Below are positions 52,567 through 63,924 of a stretch of DNA of 64,000 nucleotides, one piece after another. Below the pieces are notes generated by a model, which saw only the letters and a list, made by a program, of their open reading frames with translations, did not search any database and had not been told where the DNA came from. Within the stretch, counting starts at the first letter, position 1; the number at the start of each line of letters is the position of its first letter. The translations under genes and the position numbers were made by a program. The stretch is taken from positions 18,638-82,637 of the forward strand of contig JBFJCP010000021.1 in assembly GCA_041615815.1 (NCBI GenBank). The letters run 5' to 3'. Source of the DNA: Gemmatimonadales bacterium. GTDB taxonomy: Bacteria > Gemmatimonadota > Gemmatimonadetes > Gemmatimonadales > GWC2-71-9.

Positions 52567-54138
52567 TTGGAGTCTCAGAGCCTGGCGATGTTGTTCGCCG
52601 AAAGGACGCAGCAAGATCCCGGTCGGGAGTGTCTCGTCGCGGGATCGCGTCGCTTCACCTACGGCGACGTCGATGACCAATCTGACGCGCTGGCCGTCGC
52701 CCTTCAGGATCTGGGTGTGGCCGCCGGCGATAGGGTGGCGGTCGACGCCCCCAATGCACCCGAATGGGTCATCTGCCTCCTGGCAACCGCGAAACTCGGC
52801 GCCATCTTCGTCCCCCTGAACCCTGCACTCGGCTACCACGAACTGAAATACCAGCTCCGGCACGCGGAGGCGCGGGTGGCGTTCGCAGCTGGCGCGCCCG
52901 GCGAAGCGGACCACCTCGAGCTGTTCGAAGAGCTCATGGGGGAGCTGCCGGATCTGCGATACGTGGTGACGATCGGAGACGAGGAGTTGTGGCATGGCGA
53001 GTCGGCCGTCGCCTTCGCCGAGCTGGTGGACCGCGGCAAGCGTCGCAATGTTCCTCGCCCCCAGGTGGACCCGGCCACGGCGCCGCTCGCGATCATCTAC
53101 ACGTCCGGGACGATGGGTAAGCCCAAAGGCGTCATGCTGACCCATCAAAACCTCGTGTTCACGGCACTCGAAACCGCCGGTGCCTTGGCACAGGGCCCGG
53201 AGGATCGTGTGCTCGGAGCACCACCGTTCTTCACCATTTTTGGTGTCCACGTCGTGGTGGCTACGCTCGGAACGGGCGGATCGGTGGTGCTGCAGGCGCG
53301 CTTCGATCCGCGATCCGCCCTCGAGCTCATGGAGCGGGAGCGCGTGACCATCTGCCACGGCGTGCCGACAATGTTCCAACTCCTGATGCGGGACAAGACG
53401 TTCGGGAGTCGGGATATGTCCACGGTCCGGACCGGTATCGTGGCCGGGAGCCCGGTCTCCCAGAGCCTCGTGCAGCGGATCCGCCAGTGGAACGACGTCC
53501 AGATCGCCTACGGCCTCACGGAGACCGGTCCGACGGTGTCCATTACCCGATTTGATGATCCACCCGAGACGCGCGAGCGATCGGTGGGTCGGCCGATCGA
53601 CGGAGTCGACGTACGGGTAGCGGACCTCAAGACCCGCGACCTGCACGGTCCCGAGGCGGTCGGCGAGTTGGCAGTGCGGGGACCGAACGTGATGGCGGGA
53701 TACTATCGTATGCCGTCGGAAACCAAACGTTCGTTCACGGATGACGGGTTCTTCCTCACGGGCGATCTCGCGATCCTCGACGAGGACGGATACGTGACCA
53801 TCGTAGGGCGGTGTAAGGAAATGATCATCCGTGGCGGCCACAACATCTTCCCCCGGGAGCTCGAGGACGTGCTCCGCACGCATCCCGGAGTGGAGGACGC
53901 GTGCGTGGTGGGTGTCCCCAACGAAATCCTCGGGGAGCTCGTGTGTGCCTGCATCCTCCCCATCGAGGGTGCCATCGTCACGGGCGATGAGCTCAAGGAC
54001 TATTGTCGAGAACACATGGCTGACTACAGAGTCCCAGATCTGGTCCGCTTCTTCGACACTTTCCCAATGACCGGGAGTGGGCAGGTGAAGCGAAGGGAGC
54101 TGGCGCAGGTGGTGGGGCTGGAATTGAGTGTGACGTGA
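52567..54138 (+). CDS. Class I adenylate-forming enzyme (acyl-CoA synthetase)
   Basis: [30 protein letters not shown]. Confidence 0.9.
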   Translation: MESQSLAMLFAERTQQDPGRECLVAGSRRFTYGDVDDQSDALAVALQDLGVAAGDRVAVDAPNAPEWVICLLATAKLGAIFVPLNPALGYHELKYQLRHAEARVAFAAGAPGEADHLELFEELMGELPDLRYVVTIGDEELWHGESAVAFAELVDRGKRRNVPRPQVDPATAPLAIIYTSGTMGKPKGVMLTHQNLVFTALETAGALAQGPEDRVLGAPPFFTIFGVHVVVATLGTGGSVVLQARFDPRSALELMERERVTICHGVPTMFQLLMRDKTFGSRDMSTVRTGIVAGSPVSQSLVQRIRQWNDVQIAYGLTETGPTVSITRFDDPPETRERSVGRPIDGVDVRVADLKTRDLHGPEAVGELAVRGPNVMAGYYRMPSETKRSFTDDGFFLTGDLAILDEDGYVTIVGRCKEMIIRGGHNIFPRELEDVLRTHPGVEDACVVGVPNEILGELVCACILPIEGAIVTGDELKDYCREHMADYRVPDLVRFFDTFPMTGSGQVKRRELAQVVGLELSVT

Positions 54139-55976
54139 AAGAAGCGATTCCGGGCCGATCGCCGCGAGCGGTCTACCCCGACGTACCGGTGCATGCGCCC
54201 AACGCGGCGATGCTCATCGATTTTGACAATGTAACCATGGGGATCCGCTCGGATCTCCAAAACCAACTACGGAAACTGCTGAATTCTGACATCTTCAAAG
54301 GCAAGGTGTCGGTACAGCGGGCCTACGCGGATTGGCGGCGATATCCGCAGTACATCGTGCCGCTCTCCGAAGCCTCCATCGACCTCATCTTCGCTCCTGC
54401 GTTTGGGTCGAACAAGAAGAACGCCACCGATATCCGTCTTGCGATCGATGCGCTGGAGCTGGTGTTCACGCGTCCAGAGATCGGCACGTTCATCCTGTTG
54501 TCCGGCGACTCCGATTTCTCGAGCCTGGTGCTGAAGCTCAAGGAATATGGGAAGTACATCATTGGCGTTGGGATTCGGGAATCCTCGAGCGACCTCTTGA
54601 TTCAGAATTGCGACGAGTACTACGGATATGCCGAAATCACGGGGCTCACGAAGGAAGGCCACGTGGAAGTCGCACGACGAGACCCGTGGGAGCTGGTGGT
54701 CGAGGCGGTGCTCAAGATGAGGGAAGAGGACGATGTCATGCGATCGGACCGCCTGAAGCAGGTCATGCAGGGCATCGATCCCAACTTCGACGAGAAAGAA
54801 GCTGGGTACAATCGCTTTAGCAAGTTCGTGCAGGAGTCTGGCCGGCGGGGGCTGCTGACGTTGACGAAGCTCGACAACGGTCAGTATGCCATTGACGTCG
54901 GTCCCGATGCGAATGTTCCGCCCGGAACGGAGCGTGCTCCCCGGGCGGGCGGACCGACCACCGAGCGCACCCAACGTCCCAGGCGGCGGCGCGAGCGTCG
55001 GCCTGTGACCGAGTCCGAGCCGCTGGCCTTGGCCGAAGCCTTCGAGTTACTCAAACAGGCGCTCTGGGTTCTGGGCGCGGTGGGGGACCAAGCCGGGGAT
55101 GCGGATGAGGTCAGGGATAAGATGGCCGAGCTGTATGGCGATCAAGACCCCGTGTTCGACCGCGTCCGGTTCCGGCGATTTCTTCGCCAGGCGCACGACG
55201 CCGATCTCATTGAGCTCATCAAGAGCGAGGACGACCGCTACCTCTTGAAGCTCAGCGCTCAAGTGGCCCGCGCGGACATTTCTGGCGAGACCTTCGAGCC
55301 GGCGACCGACGTCGCACCCGAAGGAAAGCCCGACGACGGGGCAACCCAATCGGCTCAGCCGACGCAGCGGGCAAAGTCGAGCGCCCGCAAAGGGACGCGA
55401 TCCCGCACGCGCAGTCGATCGCGGAAGAACGACGAAGAATCATCCAACGTTCCCCAGGGGACCGCAGCATCTTCGACGAAACCGGCCTCCGACGTGACTG
55501 ACGCGGAGTCAACGACCGCCACCGGCAGGGGACCCAAGGACGAGACGCGCAATCCGCGCCGTCGGCGGGGCTCGAAGACCCCCCCCTCGGCAAGCACATC
55601 GCCTTCTCCCGACGCGGCACCCCAGCCGGAGCCAACGCCCCAACCGGAAACGCGAGGCCGTTCGTCGCTGGAAGCGCGCTCGTTGGGCCCGCGACGGGGG
55701 AGTCGGCGGGGGCGTCCGCAACGACCGGCGACGTCACCGCCGGCGCACGCCGCGCGCCCGCCGGTTTCGCGATCGTCCGAGCCCGTCTCGAAGAACGAAC
55801 GAACAACGCCGGACCAGGCGTCCGGCGACTCGGCTCCCACCGCGGACACGCGCGGCCGCACCGTGCTCGATGAGGCAGTTCAGAGCATCGAGAACGAGGA
55901 GGAGGGACTTCTCCGCCGCATGACCTCCGCGTTGCACCGAATGGTGGGCGGGACGCCGCCCAAGCGAGACGGGTGA
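54135..55976 (+). CDS. NYN-domain (LabA-like) protein with LOTUS/OST-HTH domains and a long disordered tail
   Basis: IDFDN, KNATD, SGDSDF; IDPNFDE..GY..FSKFV; Ser/Arg/Pro-rich C-terminus. Confidence 0.85.
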   Translation: MKEAIPGRSPRAVYPDVPVHAPNAAMLIDFDNVTMGIRSDLQNQLRKLLNSDIFKGKVSVQRAYADWRRYPQYIVPLSEASIDLIFAPAFGSNKKNATDIRLAIDALELVFTRPEIGTFILLSGDSDFSSLVLKLKEYGKYIIGVGIRESSSDLLIQNCDEYYGYAEITGLTKEGHVEVARRDPWELVVEAVLKMREEDDVMRSDRLKQVMQGIDPNFDEKEAGYNRFSKFVQESGRRGLLTLTKLDNGQYAIDVGPDANVPPGTERAPRAGGPTTERTQRPRRRRERRPVTESEPLALAEAFELLKQALWVLGAVGDQAGDADEVRDKMAELYGDQDPVFDRVRFRRFLRQAHDADLIELIKSEDDRYLLKLSAQVARADISGETFEPATDVAPEGKPDDGATQSAQPTQRAKSSARKGTRSRTRSRSRKNDEESSNVPQGTAASSTKPASDVTDAESTTATGRGPKDETRNPRRRRGSKTPPSASTSPSPDAAPQPEPTPQPETRGRSSLEARSLGPRRGSRRGRPQRPATSPPAHAARPPVSRSSEPVSKNERTTPDQASGDSAPTADTRGRTVLDEAVQSIENEEEGLLRRMTSALHRMVGGTPPKRDG

Positions 55977-55977
55977 T

Positions 55978-56577
55978 GTGGTGACACGGTCGCTGGGGAC
56001 TACGCTCTCCCGATCATTTTACGCGCGCGACACCGAACGGGTCGCGCGCGATTTGTTGGGCTGTATTCTGGAAACGCGGATCGCCAACCAGCGAACGGCC
56101 GGCCGCATCGTGGAAGTCGAAGCATACTTGGGACCACACGACCCCGCGGACCACGGATACCGCAACCGACGGACCCCCCGGAACGACGCACTGTTCGGCC
56201 CGCCGGGAACGTCGTACGTGTATCGGATTTACGGCGTTCACTGGTGTTTCAACGCCGTGACGGAACGAGACGATTGTCCGACGGCAGTCCTGATACGTGC
56301 CGTCGAGCCGGTGGATGGGATCGACGTCATGCACCGACGGCGGAGGAGCCGCGAGCCACGTGGCCTCTGCAGTGGTCCGGGCCGACTCTGTCAGGCCTTC
56401 GGCATCACGGGAGAGCACAATGGTGCGTCACTCACGAGAGGGGCGGTCCGGATCCTCGAGCCCCGCCGCCGTCCCTGCGTCCCCATCGTCGCCGGCCCGC
56501 GTGTGGGTATCTCAAGAGCCGCGGACTGGCCGCTGCGATTCTTCGTGGAGGGTTCGCCGTGGGTCTCGCGTCGTTAG
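55978..56577 (+). CDS. mpg: DNA-3-methyladenine glycosylase (AAG/MPG family)
   Basis: GRIVEVEAY, YVYRIYGVHWCFN, VLIRA, GPGRLC, RVGIS. Confidence 0.93.
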   Translation: MVTRSLGTTLSRSFYARDTERVARDLLGCILETRIANQRTAGRIVEVEAYLGPHDPADHGYRNRRTPRNDALFGPPGTSYVYRIYGVHWCFNAVTERDDCPTAVLIRAVEPVDGIDVMHRRRRSREPRGLCSGPGRLCQAFGITGEHNGASLTRGAVRILEPRRRPCVPIVAGPRVGISRAADWPLRFFVEGSPWVSRR

Positions 56578-56597
56578 ACACGGTACCACTACACAAA

Positions 56598-56623
56598 GGG
56601 GCCCGGCTGCGCAGCCGGGCCCC
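56598..56623 (-). terminator. Palindromic terminator between convergent mpg and outer-membrane protein genes
   Basis: Perfect 26-bp palindrome GGGGCCCGGCTGCGCAGCCGGGCCCC; minus-strand tail TTTGTGT. Confidence 0.65.
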
Positions 56624-56650
56624 CGGGGTCGTCCGAGCACGCTCCCAGCG

Positions 56651-57307
56651 TCACTGTCGCCGAGTGCTGATCTCCTCCGAAGCTCCCGTGAGTGAGTACC
56701 GGATGCCCCCGGTCAGCGCGTGCTGATCACTCGTGACGAGAAACGAGTCGGTCCCCGGCATGAACTGATAGTTCCCGAAGACGGCCCACTTCCCGATGTT
56801 CCACTGCACCCCGCCCCCGATCACGGGGAAAGCCTTGGTATCGACCTCGCTGATCGCTTGGAATGCATTGTCCAACTCGAGCGCCGTTTGAGCGTCGATG
56901 GGTTCGGCATCGCTAATACGATGAATCGCCACCCCGCCCCCCAACAAGAGCTGAAACTGCCCGTGCAACGGGATCGCATACAGGCTTGCTTGAATCCGCT
57001 GTCCCCCGTCGAATTGGACCACGTTGAAACCGCTGGGGCTGAACGGATTCACGACCGCGGAGGTGGCAGAGTTGAAGATGATCTGGTCGAACGCGACGTG
57101 CAGACCGACCCGATCTCGGGTGATCAGCCAATGGCCACCGAACTCGAACGCGGCTTCCCAATTCTGGGTAGGGGTCTGGTAGAAGTAGATCCCAGTCTGT
57201 CCGCCCCAAATCCACCGGTTCTTCCAGGCCTCGTCCTGTGCCTGCGCCGGGGCCGCCAGAACGGTGAGCTGGCCAAGGGCAACCAGGACTCCGCTCAATC
57301 TGCGCAT
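56651..57307 (-). CDS. Outer membrane beta-barrel protein
   Basis: Signal peptide ending AQA, alternating aromatic beta-strands, GGIRYSL near the C-terminus. Confidence 0.72.
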   Translation of the reverse strand: MRRLSGVLVALGQLTVLAAPAQAQDEAWKNRWIWGGQTGIYFYQTPTQNWEAAFEFGGHWLITRDRVGLHVAFDQIIFNSATSAVVNPFSPSGFNVVQFDGGQRIQASLYAIPLHGQFQLLLGGGVAIHRISDAEPIDAQTALELDNAFQAISEVDTKAFPVIGGGVQWNIGKWAVFGNYQFMPGTDSFLVTSDQHALTGGIRYSLTGASEEISTRRQ

Positions 57308-57570
57308 TCCGTACCTCCGCTTAGGTCGCACCCCGCGCCATCGAGGCGGGGCCAAGGGGTGCCGTTGGGCGCCCCAAGATAGTGCCTGGCCGGAAAAAAT
57401 GCGAGCCCCGGAGACCAGTTTCTGTGGCTTCTATCACATTGTCCGCAGTGAGGTTAAGTCGAGATCCCGCGAAATCACTTGAGGTCCGGGTGCCGGGGGT
57501 GTCGTTCGCAGGCCCCCAGCGGAACCTTTCCTTTCTTATAGGGCTCTTATAGGCCCGCGACACCGGTGGG

Positions 57571-58770
57571 TCAGACGAGCCCCAGGGTCTTCCCCACCTT
57601 TTGGAACGCCCGGAGGGCTTGGTCCAGGTCGTCTTGCTGGTGGGCGGCCGATAATTGACAGCGGACGCGGGCGGTCCCCTTGGGCACCACCGGGTAGCCG
57701 AATCCCGTTACGAAAAAACCTTCGTCGAGCAACATCTTGCTCATCTGAATCGCCTTCGCCGTCTCGCCCAGAATGACGGGGATGATCGGGGTTTCCCCTT
57801 CCAGTGGCTTGAAGCCGAGGGTCCGCAAGCGTTCTCGGAAGTAGGCGGCGTTGTCGTGCAAACGGCGAACCAGTTCGGGGTAGGCGCGCAGGTAGCGTAC
57901 CGCGGCGAGTGCGCTGCCAGCGACGGTGCAGGGCAGCGCGTTGGAGAAGAGTTGAGGGCGTGCCCGTTGGGTGAGGTAGTCGCACACGGCCTGCGACGAG
58001 GCCGTGAAGCCTCCGGCGGCTCCGCCGAGCGCTTTCCCCAACGTAGACGTGATAATATCGACGTCTCCGAGGACGCCGTGGTGTTCCGCCGTCCCCCGTC
58101 CGGTCTTCCCGAGGACGCCGGTGCCGTGGGAATCGTCCACGGCGACCATCGCATCGTACTTTCGCGCCAGCTCGAGAATGTCGGGCAGCCGCGCAATGTC
58201 TCCTTCCATGGAGAACACTCCATCGGTGAAAATCAATCTCGAGCGAGCGTCTGCGGACGCTTTCAGCTTCGTCTCGAGGTCGGTCATGTCGGAGTGTTTG
58301 TAGATCTCGGAGCGGCACTTTCCGATCGACTTGGCCAGCCGGATGGCGTCGATGATGGATGCGTGATTCAGCTCGTCCGAGATGACGACATCGTCAGGTC
58401 CGAGGAGCGTTGGGCAGAGTCCCTCGTTGGCATTCCAGCACGACACGTAGGTTAGCGAGGCGCTGGTGCCCACGAGGTCGGCGAGGGCATGCTCCAAGTC
58501 GCGGTGGATGGTAAAGGTTCCGCAGATGAATCGCACGCTCGCCGTTCCCGCGCCGAAGCGGTCCAGTGCCGCTTTGCCGGCGGCGATGACCTCCGGTAGC
58601 GCCGAGAGTCCGAGATAGTTGTTGCTGGACAAAACGACGATCTCACCATGTTCCTCCATCTGGACTCTCGCGTCCTGGGGAGAATCGAGGTACAGAAGCG
58701 TCTTGTAGACCCCTTCCTGCTTGAAGTGGTCGAGTTCCTGCTGCAGCCGCTGATCCGTGCCGCGATGCAT
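57571..58770 (-). CDS. kbl: Glycine C-acetyltransferase (2-amino-3-ketobutyrate CoA ligase)
   Basis: SNNYLGL, SVRFICGT, NHASIID, DDSH, TLGKALGG; adjacent to tdh. Confidence 0.94.
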   Translation of the reverse strand: MHRGTDQRLQQELDHFKQEGVYKTLLYLDSPQDARVQMEEHGEIVVLSSNNYLGLSALPEVIAAGKAALDRFGAGTASVRFICGTFTIHRDLEHALADLVGTSASLTYVSCWNANEGLCPTLLGPDDVVISDELNHASIIDAIRLAKSIGKCRSEIYKHSDMTDLETKLKASADARSRLIFTDGVFSMEGDIARLPDILELARKYDAMVAVDDSHGTGVLGKTGRGTAEHHGVLGDVDIITSTLGKALGGAAGGFTASSQAVCDYLTQRARPQLFSNALPCTVAGSALAAVRYLRAYPELVRRLHDNAAYFRERLRTLGFKPLEGETPIIPVILGETAKAIQMSKMLLDEGFFVTGFGYPVVPKGTARVRCQLSAAHQQDDLDQALRAFQKVGKTLGLV

Positions 58771-59808
58771 TCAGCAGCTCCCGATGCCGAGGATGACCTT
58801 GCCGGCGGCGCCGGAGCGTATGGCCGCCAGGGCCTCGTCGATCTGTTCCAGTGGAAACTCATGCGTGACGACGGGCGTGGGATCCAGGAGCCCGGATGAG
58901 AGGAAGCGTCGCATTTGGTGCCAGGTTTCGAACATGCGGCGGCCGATCACCCCGTAAATGGTCACACCTTTGAAGATGATGTCCTCGGCGAAATGAACCG
59001 GTACGGCCCCTTTGGGAAGGCCGAGAAGGTTCACCCGCCCGCCCAGTCGCACGGCCTTGAACGCCTGCTCGATCGCGCTTGGATGGCCCGACATTTCGCA
59101 CACCAGGTCCACGCCCTCGCCCGATGTCTCGTCACGGACCCGGTCGAGGACAGGGTCGGATGTCGGGTTGAGCAGCACATCGGCGCCCATGCGTTTTGCG
59201 AGCGCGAGTCGGTTGGCGTTCGGGTCCGACGCGAACACCTTGGCAGCTCCGGCGGCGCGGGCGATGCCGACCGCAAAGCAGCCGATGGGCCCACACCCCA
59301 ACACGAGGATGGTGCTCCCGGGGATCTCCGCGGAGAGGACGGTGTGGAACGCGTTACCCAGGGGATCCATGATGGCGCCCACCGTCGTGGGAATACCGTC
59401 TAGCGGCATGACGTTGATGGCAGGCATCGCCATGAAGTCGGCAAACGCTCCATCCCGGTCCACGCCGATGATTTGCGTATTCTGACAAATGTGTGCGTTA
59501 CCCGTGCGGCATTGGCGACAGTGGCCGCATACGATGTGTCCCTCGGCGGTGACGTGCTGGCCCACCGACAGGGCGCCCCCGACGTCTTCACCGACCTCCA
59601 CGATCTCGCCGGCGAATTCGTGCCCGACGACCACGGGTGGGTGGATCCGACCCTGTGCCCATTCGTCCCAATCCGCGATATGCAGATCGGTTCCGCACAC
59701 ACCGGCGTGGTGCACCCGAATGACCACATCGAGCGGGCCCGGGCGAGGCTCGGGCGCGTCGGAGACGGTGAGGCCCGGTTGAGGTTTGAGCTTGCTGATT
59801 GCGCGCAT
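58771..59808 (-). CDS. tdh: L-threonine 3-dehydrogenase
   Basis: CGTDLH, GHE, EGHIVCGHCRQC...C, GCGPIG, GRRMFETW. Confidence 0.94.
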   Translation of the reverse strand: MRAISKLKPQPGLTVSDAPEPRPGPLDVVIRVHHAGVCGTDLHIADWDEWAQGRIHPPVVVGHEFAGEIVEVGEDVGGALSVGQHVTAEGHIVCGHCRQCRTGNAHICQNTQIIGVDRDGAFADFMAMPAINVMPLDGIPTTVGAIMDPLGNAFHTVLSAEIPGSTILVLGCGPIGCFAVGIARAAGAAKVFASDPNANRLALAKRMGADVLLNPTSDPVLDRVRDETSGEGVDLVCEMSGHPSAIEQAFKAVRLGGRVNLLGLPKGAVPVHFAEDIIFKGVTIYGVIGRRMFETWHQMRRFLSSGLLDPTPVVTHEFPLEQIDEALAAIRSGAAGKVILGIGSC

Positions 59809-59879
59809 GGATCCTGGCTGAAGGGCCGGGGGGCTCGTTCTGGATCACCCGACGACCTGCCAGCTTCTGTCTCTTCGTC

Positions 59880-60671
59880 CTAGATGATGCTCCGGATGAA
59901 CCCGCCGTCCACTTGGAGGGCGACGCCCGTAATGTAACTGGCCGGCTCGGAGGCCAAGAACGCGACGGCGGCGGCCAACTCGTCGGGCTCCCCCATTCGA
60001 CCCAGGGGAATGTTCAGCACCAGCGTCTGCTGAGCCTCCGCGGTCGATTGGTCCGCCACTCGGGCGCGGCGCTGGAGTAGCTCTTCGGTGCGCTGTGTAT
60101 GCATGTATCCCGGGCAAACGCTGTTCACGGTGATCCCATCCGTGGCGACTTCGTCCGCCAGTGTTTTCGCAAAGCCGAGGACACCGGCCCGGGCCGTCGA
60201 TGACAACATCAGCCCTTCGAGCGGCTGTTTTGCCGCGACGCTGGTCAGACAGATGATTCGTCCCCAGCCTCCGCGACGCATGAGCGGTACGGAAGCGCGA
60301 CACAGATGGATGGTGGAGAGCAGATTGAGCTCCAGTGCCAGCTGCCACGTGTCGGCTTGGATATCGTCGAACGATGCGGCTGGAGGGCCGCCCGCATTGG
60401 TGACGAGCACGTCCACGCCGCCAAAGTGATGGCGCACCCGCTCGACGAGATCCTGGGCCTGGACGCGGTCGCTGACGTCTGCACGGAAGCCTTCGACATC
60501 CGTCGCGGTGGCCCGACGCACATGTTCGACGGACTCGCGAAGTCGGGCATCGTCCCGACCGTTCATCGCAACGCGACATCCTTCCTCCGCCAGCGTCGTG
60601 GCGATGGCCAGACCGAGACCGCTCGACGATCCTGTGATCAAGGCGACGCGACCAGAGATACCGAGATCCAT
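59880..60671 (-). CDS. Short-chain dehydrogenase/reductase
   Basis: TGSSSGLG, TNAGGPP, VNSVCPG, ASYITG..VDGG. Confidence 0.9.
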   Translation of the reverse strand: MDLGISGRVALITGSSSGLGLAIATTLAEEGCRVAMNGRDDARLRESVEHVRRATATDVEGFRADVSDRVQAQDLVERVRHHFGGVDVLVTNAGGPPAASFDDIQADTWQLALELNLLSTIHLCRASVPLMRRGGWGRIICLTSVAAKQPLEGLMLSSTARAGVLGFAKTLADEVATDGITVNSVCPGYMHTQRTEELLQRRARVADQSTAEAQQTLVLNIPLGRMGEPDELAAAVAFLASEPASYITGVALQVDGGFIRSII

Positions 60672-60863
60672 GTGGTCGACTCCACAGACGGGTTACGGGT
60701 CCGTACGACGCGGGATCCCGCAGGTACGGTGTCGCTCGAGACCAGCGAGCGACCCAACGTGTGTTGCGGAACGTTCGGGAATTTGCCCGCCACTGCGGTC
60801 GCGGGCAAGGGAACACGGCGTGCGACACGCGCACAACCAGCTACCGGAAACACACAAAACCTA

Positions 60864-60891
60864 TTGCGTGGTAGGAGGGTATCTATAATAT
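60864..60891 (+). promoter_or_regulatory. Candidate sigma70 promoter of tldD
   Basis: TATAAT at 60884-60889 with TTGCGT upstream. Confidence 0.45.
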
Positions 60892-60928
60892 TCGCACCGT
60901 CCTACGAGCAGTCTGCGGAGTTTGCCGA

Positions 60929-62533
60929 ATGTCCGTGACGAGACGAGAGTTCGTAAAACAGACCTCAGTGGCCGCTGCAACTCTTGCAGCGACTGCGCGC
61001 GGTGCGTCCGCGCAGCCGGTCTCGCGCGTCGCGACGTATCAAGGCGATCCGTCGATCAAAGCACTCTGCATGTTTGCCCTCGATGCTGCCAAGACCGCCG
61101 GCGCATCGTACGCGGACGTACGAGTTGGCCGGCGCCGCATGCAATCCATCTCCACGCGCGAGGAACGGATCACCCGCCTGGTGGACGACGAGACGTTCGG
61201 CGTTGGTGTTCGGGTGCTCGTGGGGAACGCGTGGGGCTTTTGGGCGAGTCGAGAGGTCAACCGCCGCGAGTGCGTGCGCGTTGCGCGTGCCGCAGTCGAT
61301 CAAGCTCGCGCCAACCAACAGGCGGCTCGCGGCCAGGTAACCCTTGCGCCGGTGAGTGCTTACCCGGATGCGGTATGGCAGACGCCCATCGAGCGGGATC
61401 CCTTCGACGTTCCAATCGAAGAAAAGGTCGACTATTTGTTGTCAGCGAACGCCGCGGCGCTCAGAATCCGCGGAGCGCGGTTTGCGAGCTCCTCGCTGGC
61501 ATTCGTGCGGCACGAGACGACATTTGCCTCCACCGAGGGCACGGTGCTCGTGCAGACGCTCTACCGGTGTTCCCCGCAGATGACCGTGACCGCGGTGGCG
61601 TCCGACTTCTCGGATTTCCAAGCGCGCAGCTCGGCTGAGGTGTCCCCCATGGGGATGGGATACGAGCACGTCGAGGCCGCCGACCTGCCGGGCCGAGCGG
61701 CGGCGTGGGCGGAAGAAGCCGTACAGAAACTCTCCGCACCATCGGTTCAGCCCGGTGAATACGATCTCATCCTGCACCCGTCCAACTTGTTCCTGACCAT
61801 TCACGAAAGCATCGGTCATCCGACCGAGTTGGATCGAGCGTTGGGGTATGAAGCAAACTACGCCGGGACGTCGTTCATTGCCCCGCCGGAGCGGATGATC
61901 GGTCAACTGCGGTACGGACCCGAGATCATGAACATCCAAGGTGACCGCACGCAACTGGGTGCGTTGGCGACCGTCGCATGGGATGACGAAGGAGTCCCTG
62001 CGGATAGTTGGCCGATCGTCAAAGACGGTGTATTCGTAGACTACCAGACCACGAGGGAGCAGGCCGCGTGGATCGCGGACCTGACGGGCATCACGCGATC
62101 CCACGGCTGCTCCTATGCCTCGTCGTGGGATCAAATCCAATTCCAACGCATGCCCAACGTGTCGCTGCTGCCCGGTGTCGCCGACTACGATCTGAACGAT
62201 CTCATCGCTGCCACGGATCGGGGCATCGTCATTCACGGGCGGGGCTCATACAGCATCGACCAGCAGCGCTACAACTTCCAATTCGGTGGCCAAGTCTTCT
62301 ACGAAGTCCAGGGCGGCAAGATCGTAGGCATGCTCCGAGACGTAGCCTACCAAGGTCGGACGACCGATTTCTGGAACTCACTCGACATGCTTGGTGGTCC
62401 AGAGAGCTATGAAATGGGTGGGACCTTCTTCGATGGGAAGGGGCAGCCGTCACAGGCGAACGCTGTGAGCCATGGTTGTCCGCCGGCTCGATTCCGGGCT
62501 GTGACGGTCATCAATACCGGTGGAAGCGCCTGA
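60929..62533 (+). CDS. tldD: TldD-family metalloprotease with Tat signal peptide
   Basis: TRREFVK twin-arginine signal, HESIGH zinc motif, DDEG, RMPN, SHGCP. Confidence 0.9.
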   Translation: MSVTRREFVKQTSVAAATLAATARGASAQPVSRVATYQGDPSIKALCMFALDAAKTAGASYADVRVGRRRMQSISTREERITRLVDDETFGVGVRVLVGNAWGFWASREVNRRECVRVARAAVDQARANQQAARGQVTLAPVSAYPDAVWQTPIERDPFDVPIEEKVDYLLSANAAALRIRGARFASSSLAFVRHETTFASTEGTVLVQTLYRCSPQMTVTAVASDFSDFQARSSAEVSPMGMGYEHVEAADLPGRAAAWAEEAVQKLSAPSVQPGEYDLILHPSNLFLTIHESIGHPTELDRALGYEANYAGTSFIAPPERMIGQLRYGPEIMNIQGDRTQLGALATVAWDDEGVPADSWPIVKDGVFVDYQTTREQAAWIADLTGITRSHGCSYASSWDQIQFQRMPNVSLLPGVADYDLNDLIAATDRGIVIHGRGSYSIDQQRYNFQFGGQVFYEVQGGKIVGMLRDVAYQGRTTDFWNSLDMLGGPESYEMGGTFFDGKGQPSQANAVSHGCPPARFRAVTVINTGGSA

Positions 62534-62546
62534 CGGAGGCCAGGGC

Positions 62547-63896
62547 GTGCCCGAGCTACTGAGCGAATCCCAGGCGCGGGCACTCTGTGAGCGCGTGCTT
62601 GCTCGCAGCACGACGGACGGAGCGGAGGTCCGGTTGCGCGCGGGCCGAGCAGGAAACGCGCGCTTCGCGCGGAATCAGATCACCACGTCAGCGGACGTGG
62701 TGGATGTCGAGGTCACGTTCACCGCGCGCGTGGGGAGACGGAGCGCAACGGTTACGTTCAACGTGCTCGATGAGCCCGGTATCGGCGCGGCGGTGGGCCG
62801 GGCCGAACAACTCGCTCGGATTGCGCCGGAGGACCCGGAGCTCATGCCGCTCTTGGCGTCGCAGACGTACACGCCCTCTCCCGCCTACTTCGAGAGCACC
62901 GCCGACCTCGCGGCTGCCGGACGTGCCCAAGCCATCGTTCCCGTCGTGGAGTCGGCGGCTGCGGCGGACATGGTTGCCAGCGGTTTCCTCCAACATCGCG
63001 CCGCATCCGTGGCGGTGGCCAATTCCGCGGGACTCTTTGCCTATCATCGCGCCACCGACGCCTCGTTCACGACCACCGTGCGCACGCCGGGTGGGAATGG
63101 CTCGGGCTGGGCCGGTGGCACCCACAACGATTGGGGCCTGGTCTCTTCGACGGCCGAGCTCGCTGCCCGAGCGGTGAGGAAAGCCCGCGAGAGCACGACC
63201 ACGCGCGACATTCCACCTGGGCGGTATACGGTCGTGTTGGAGCCCACGGCGGTCGGCAACCTCGTGCAACTTCTGCTCTCCGCCCTCGATGCCCGCGCGG
63301 CGGACGAGGGGCGCTCGTTCTTCTCGAAGCGCGGCGGTGGGACGAAGCTGGGTGAGCGAGTGGTCGGCGACGGAGTCACGCTCTTCTCGGACCCGCGCGA
63401 CCCCGATCTCTTGGAGCCGCCGTTTACCGACGAGGGTTTCCCCGTGGGACGAACGATGTGGATCGAGAACGGGCTTCTGCGGAACCTCGCGTACGACCGC
63501 TATTGGGCCGAGCGGCAAGGGACTCAGCCCACGCCCCTCGCCGGCGGGATCAAGATGGCGGGCGGACAGGGGACGGCGGCGGATCTCGTGGGGTCGGTAG
63601 AGCGCGGGCTCCTGGTGACGCGATTCTGGTACATCCGTAACGTGGATCGGCGCACACTCGTGTTCACGGGACTCACGCGCGACGGCACGTTCCTGATCGA
63701 GAACGGGCGGATTGCCGGTGCCGTGAAGAATCTCCGCTTCAACGAAAGTCCCGTCGTCATGCTGAACAATGTGGTGGCCAAAGGCACGCCGGTGCGCGTG
63801 GTGGCATCGGAATCGGGAGGTCTCGGACGTGCGGTCAGCGTGCCACCGTTGGTCATTCAGGGCTTTCGCTTCACGGCTGTGTCCGATGCCGTGTGA
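62547..63896 (+). CDS. TldE/PmbA-family partner protein
   Basis: RFARNQIT, PGRYTVVLEP, GLTRDG, KNLRFNES; no HExxH motif and no signal peptide. Confidence 0.88.
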   Translation: MPELLSESQARALCERVLARSTTDGAEVRLRAGRAGNARFARNQITTSADVVDVEVTFTARVGRRSATVTFNVLDEPGIGAAVGRAEQLARIAPEDPELMPLLASQTYTPSPAYFESTADLAAAGRAQAIVPVVESAAAADMVASGFLQHRAASVAVANSAGLFAYHRATDASFTTTVRTPGGNGSGWAGGTHNDWGLVSSTAELAARAVRKARESTTTRDIPPGRYTVVLEPTAVGNLVQLLLSALDARAADEGRSFFSKRGGGTKLGERVVGDGVTLFSDPRDPDLLEPPFTDEGFPVGRTMWIENGLLRNLAYDRYWAERQGTQPTPLAGGIKMAGGQGTAADLVGSVERGLLVTRFWYIRNVDRRTLVFTGLTRDGTFLIENGRIAGAVKNLRFNESPVVMLNNVVAKGTPVRVVASESGGLGRAVSVPPLVIQGFRFTAVSDAV

Positions 63897-63924
63897 GCGA
63901 TTGGTGCCGGTCGTCACGATCGGC

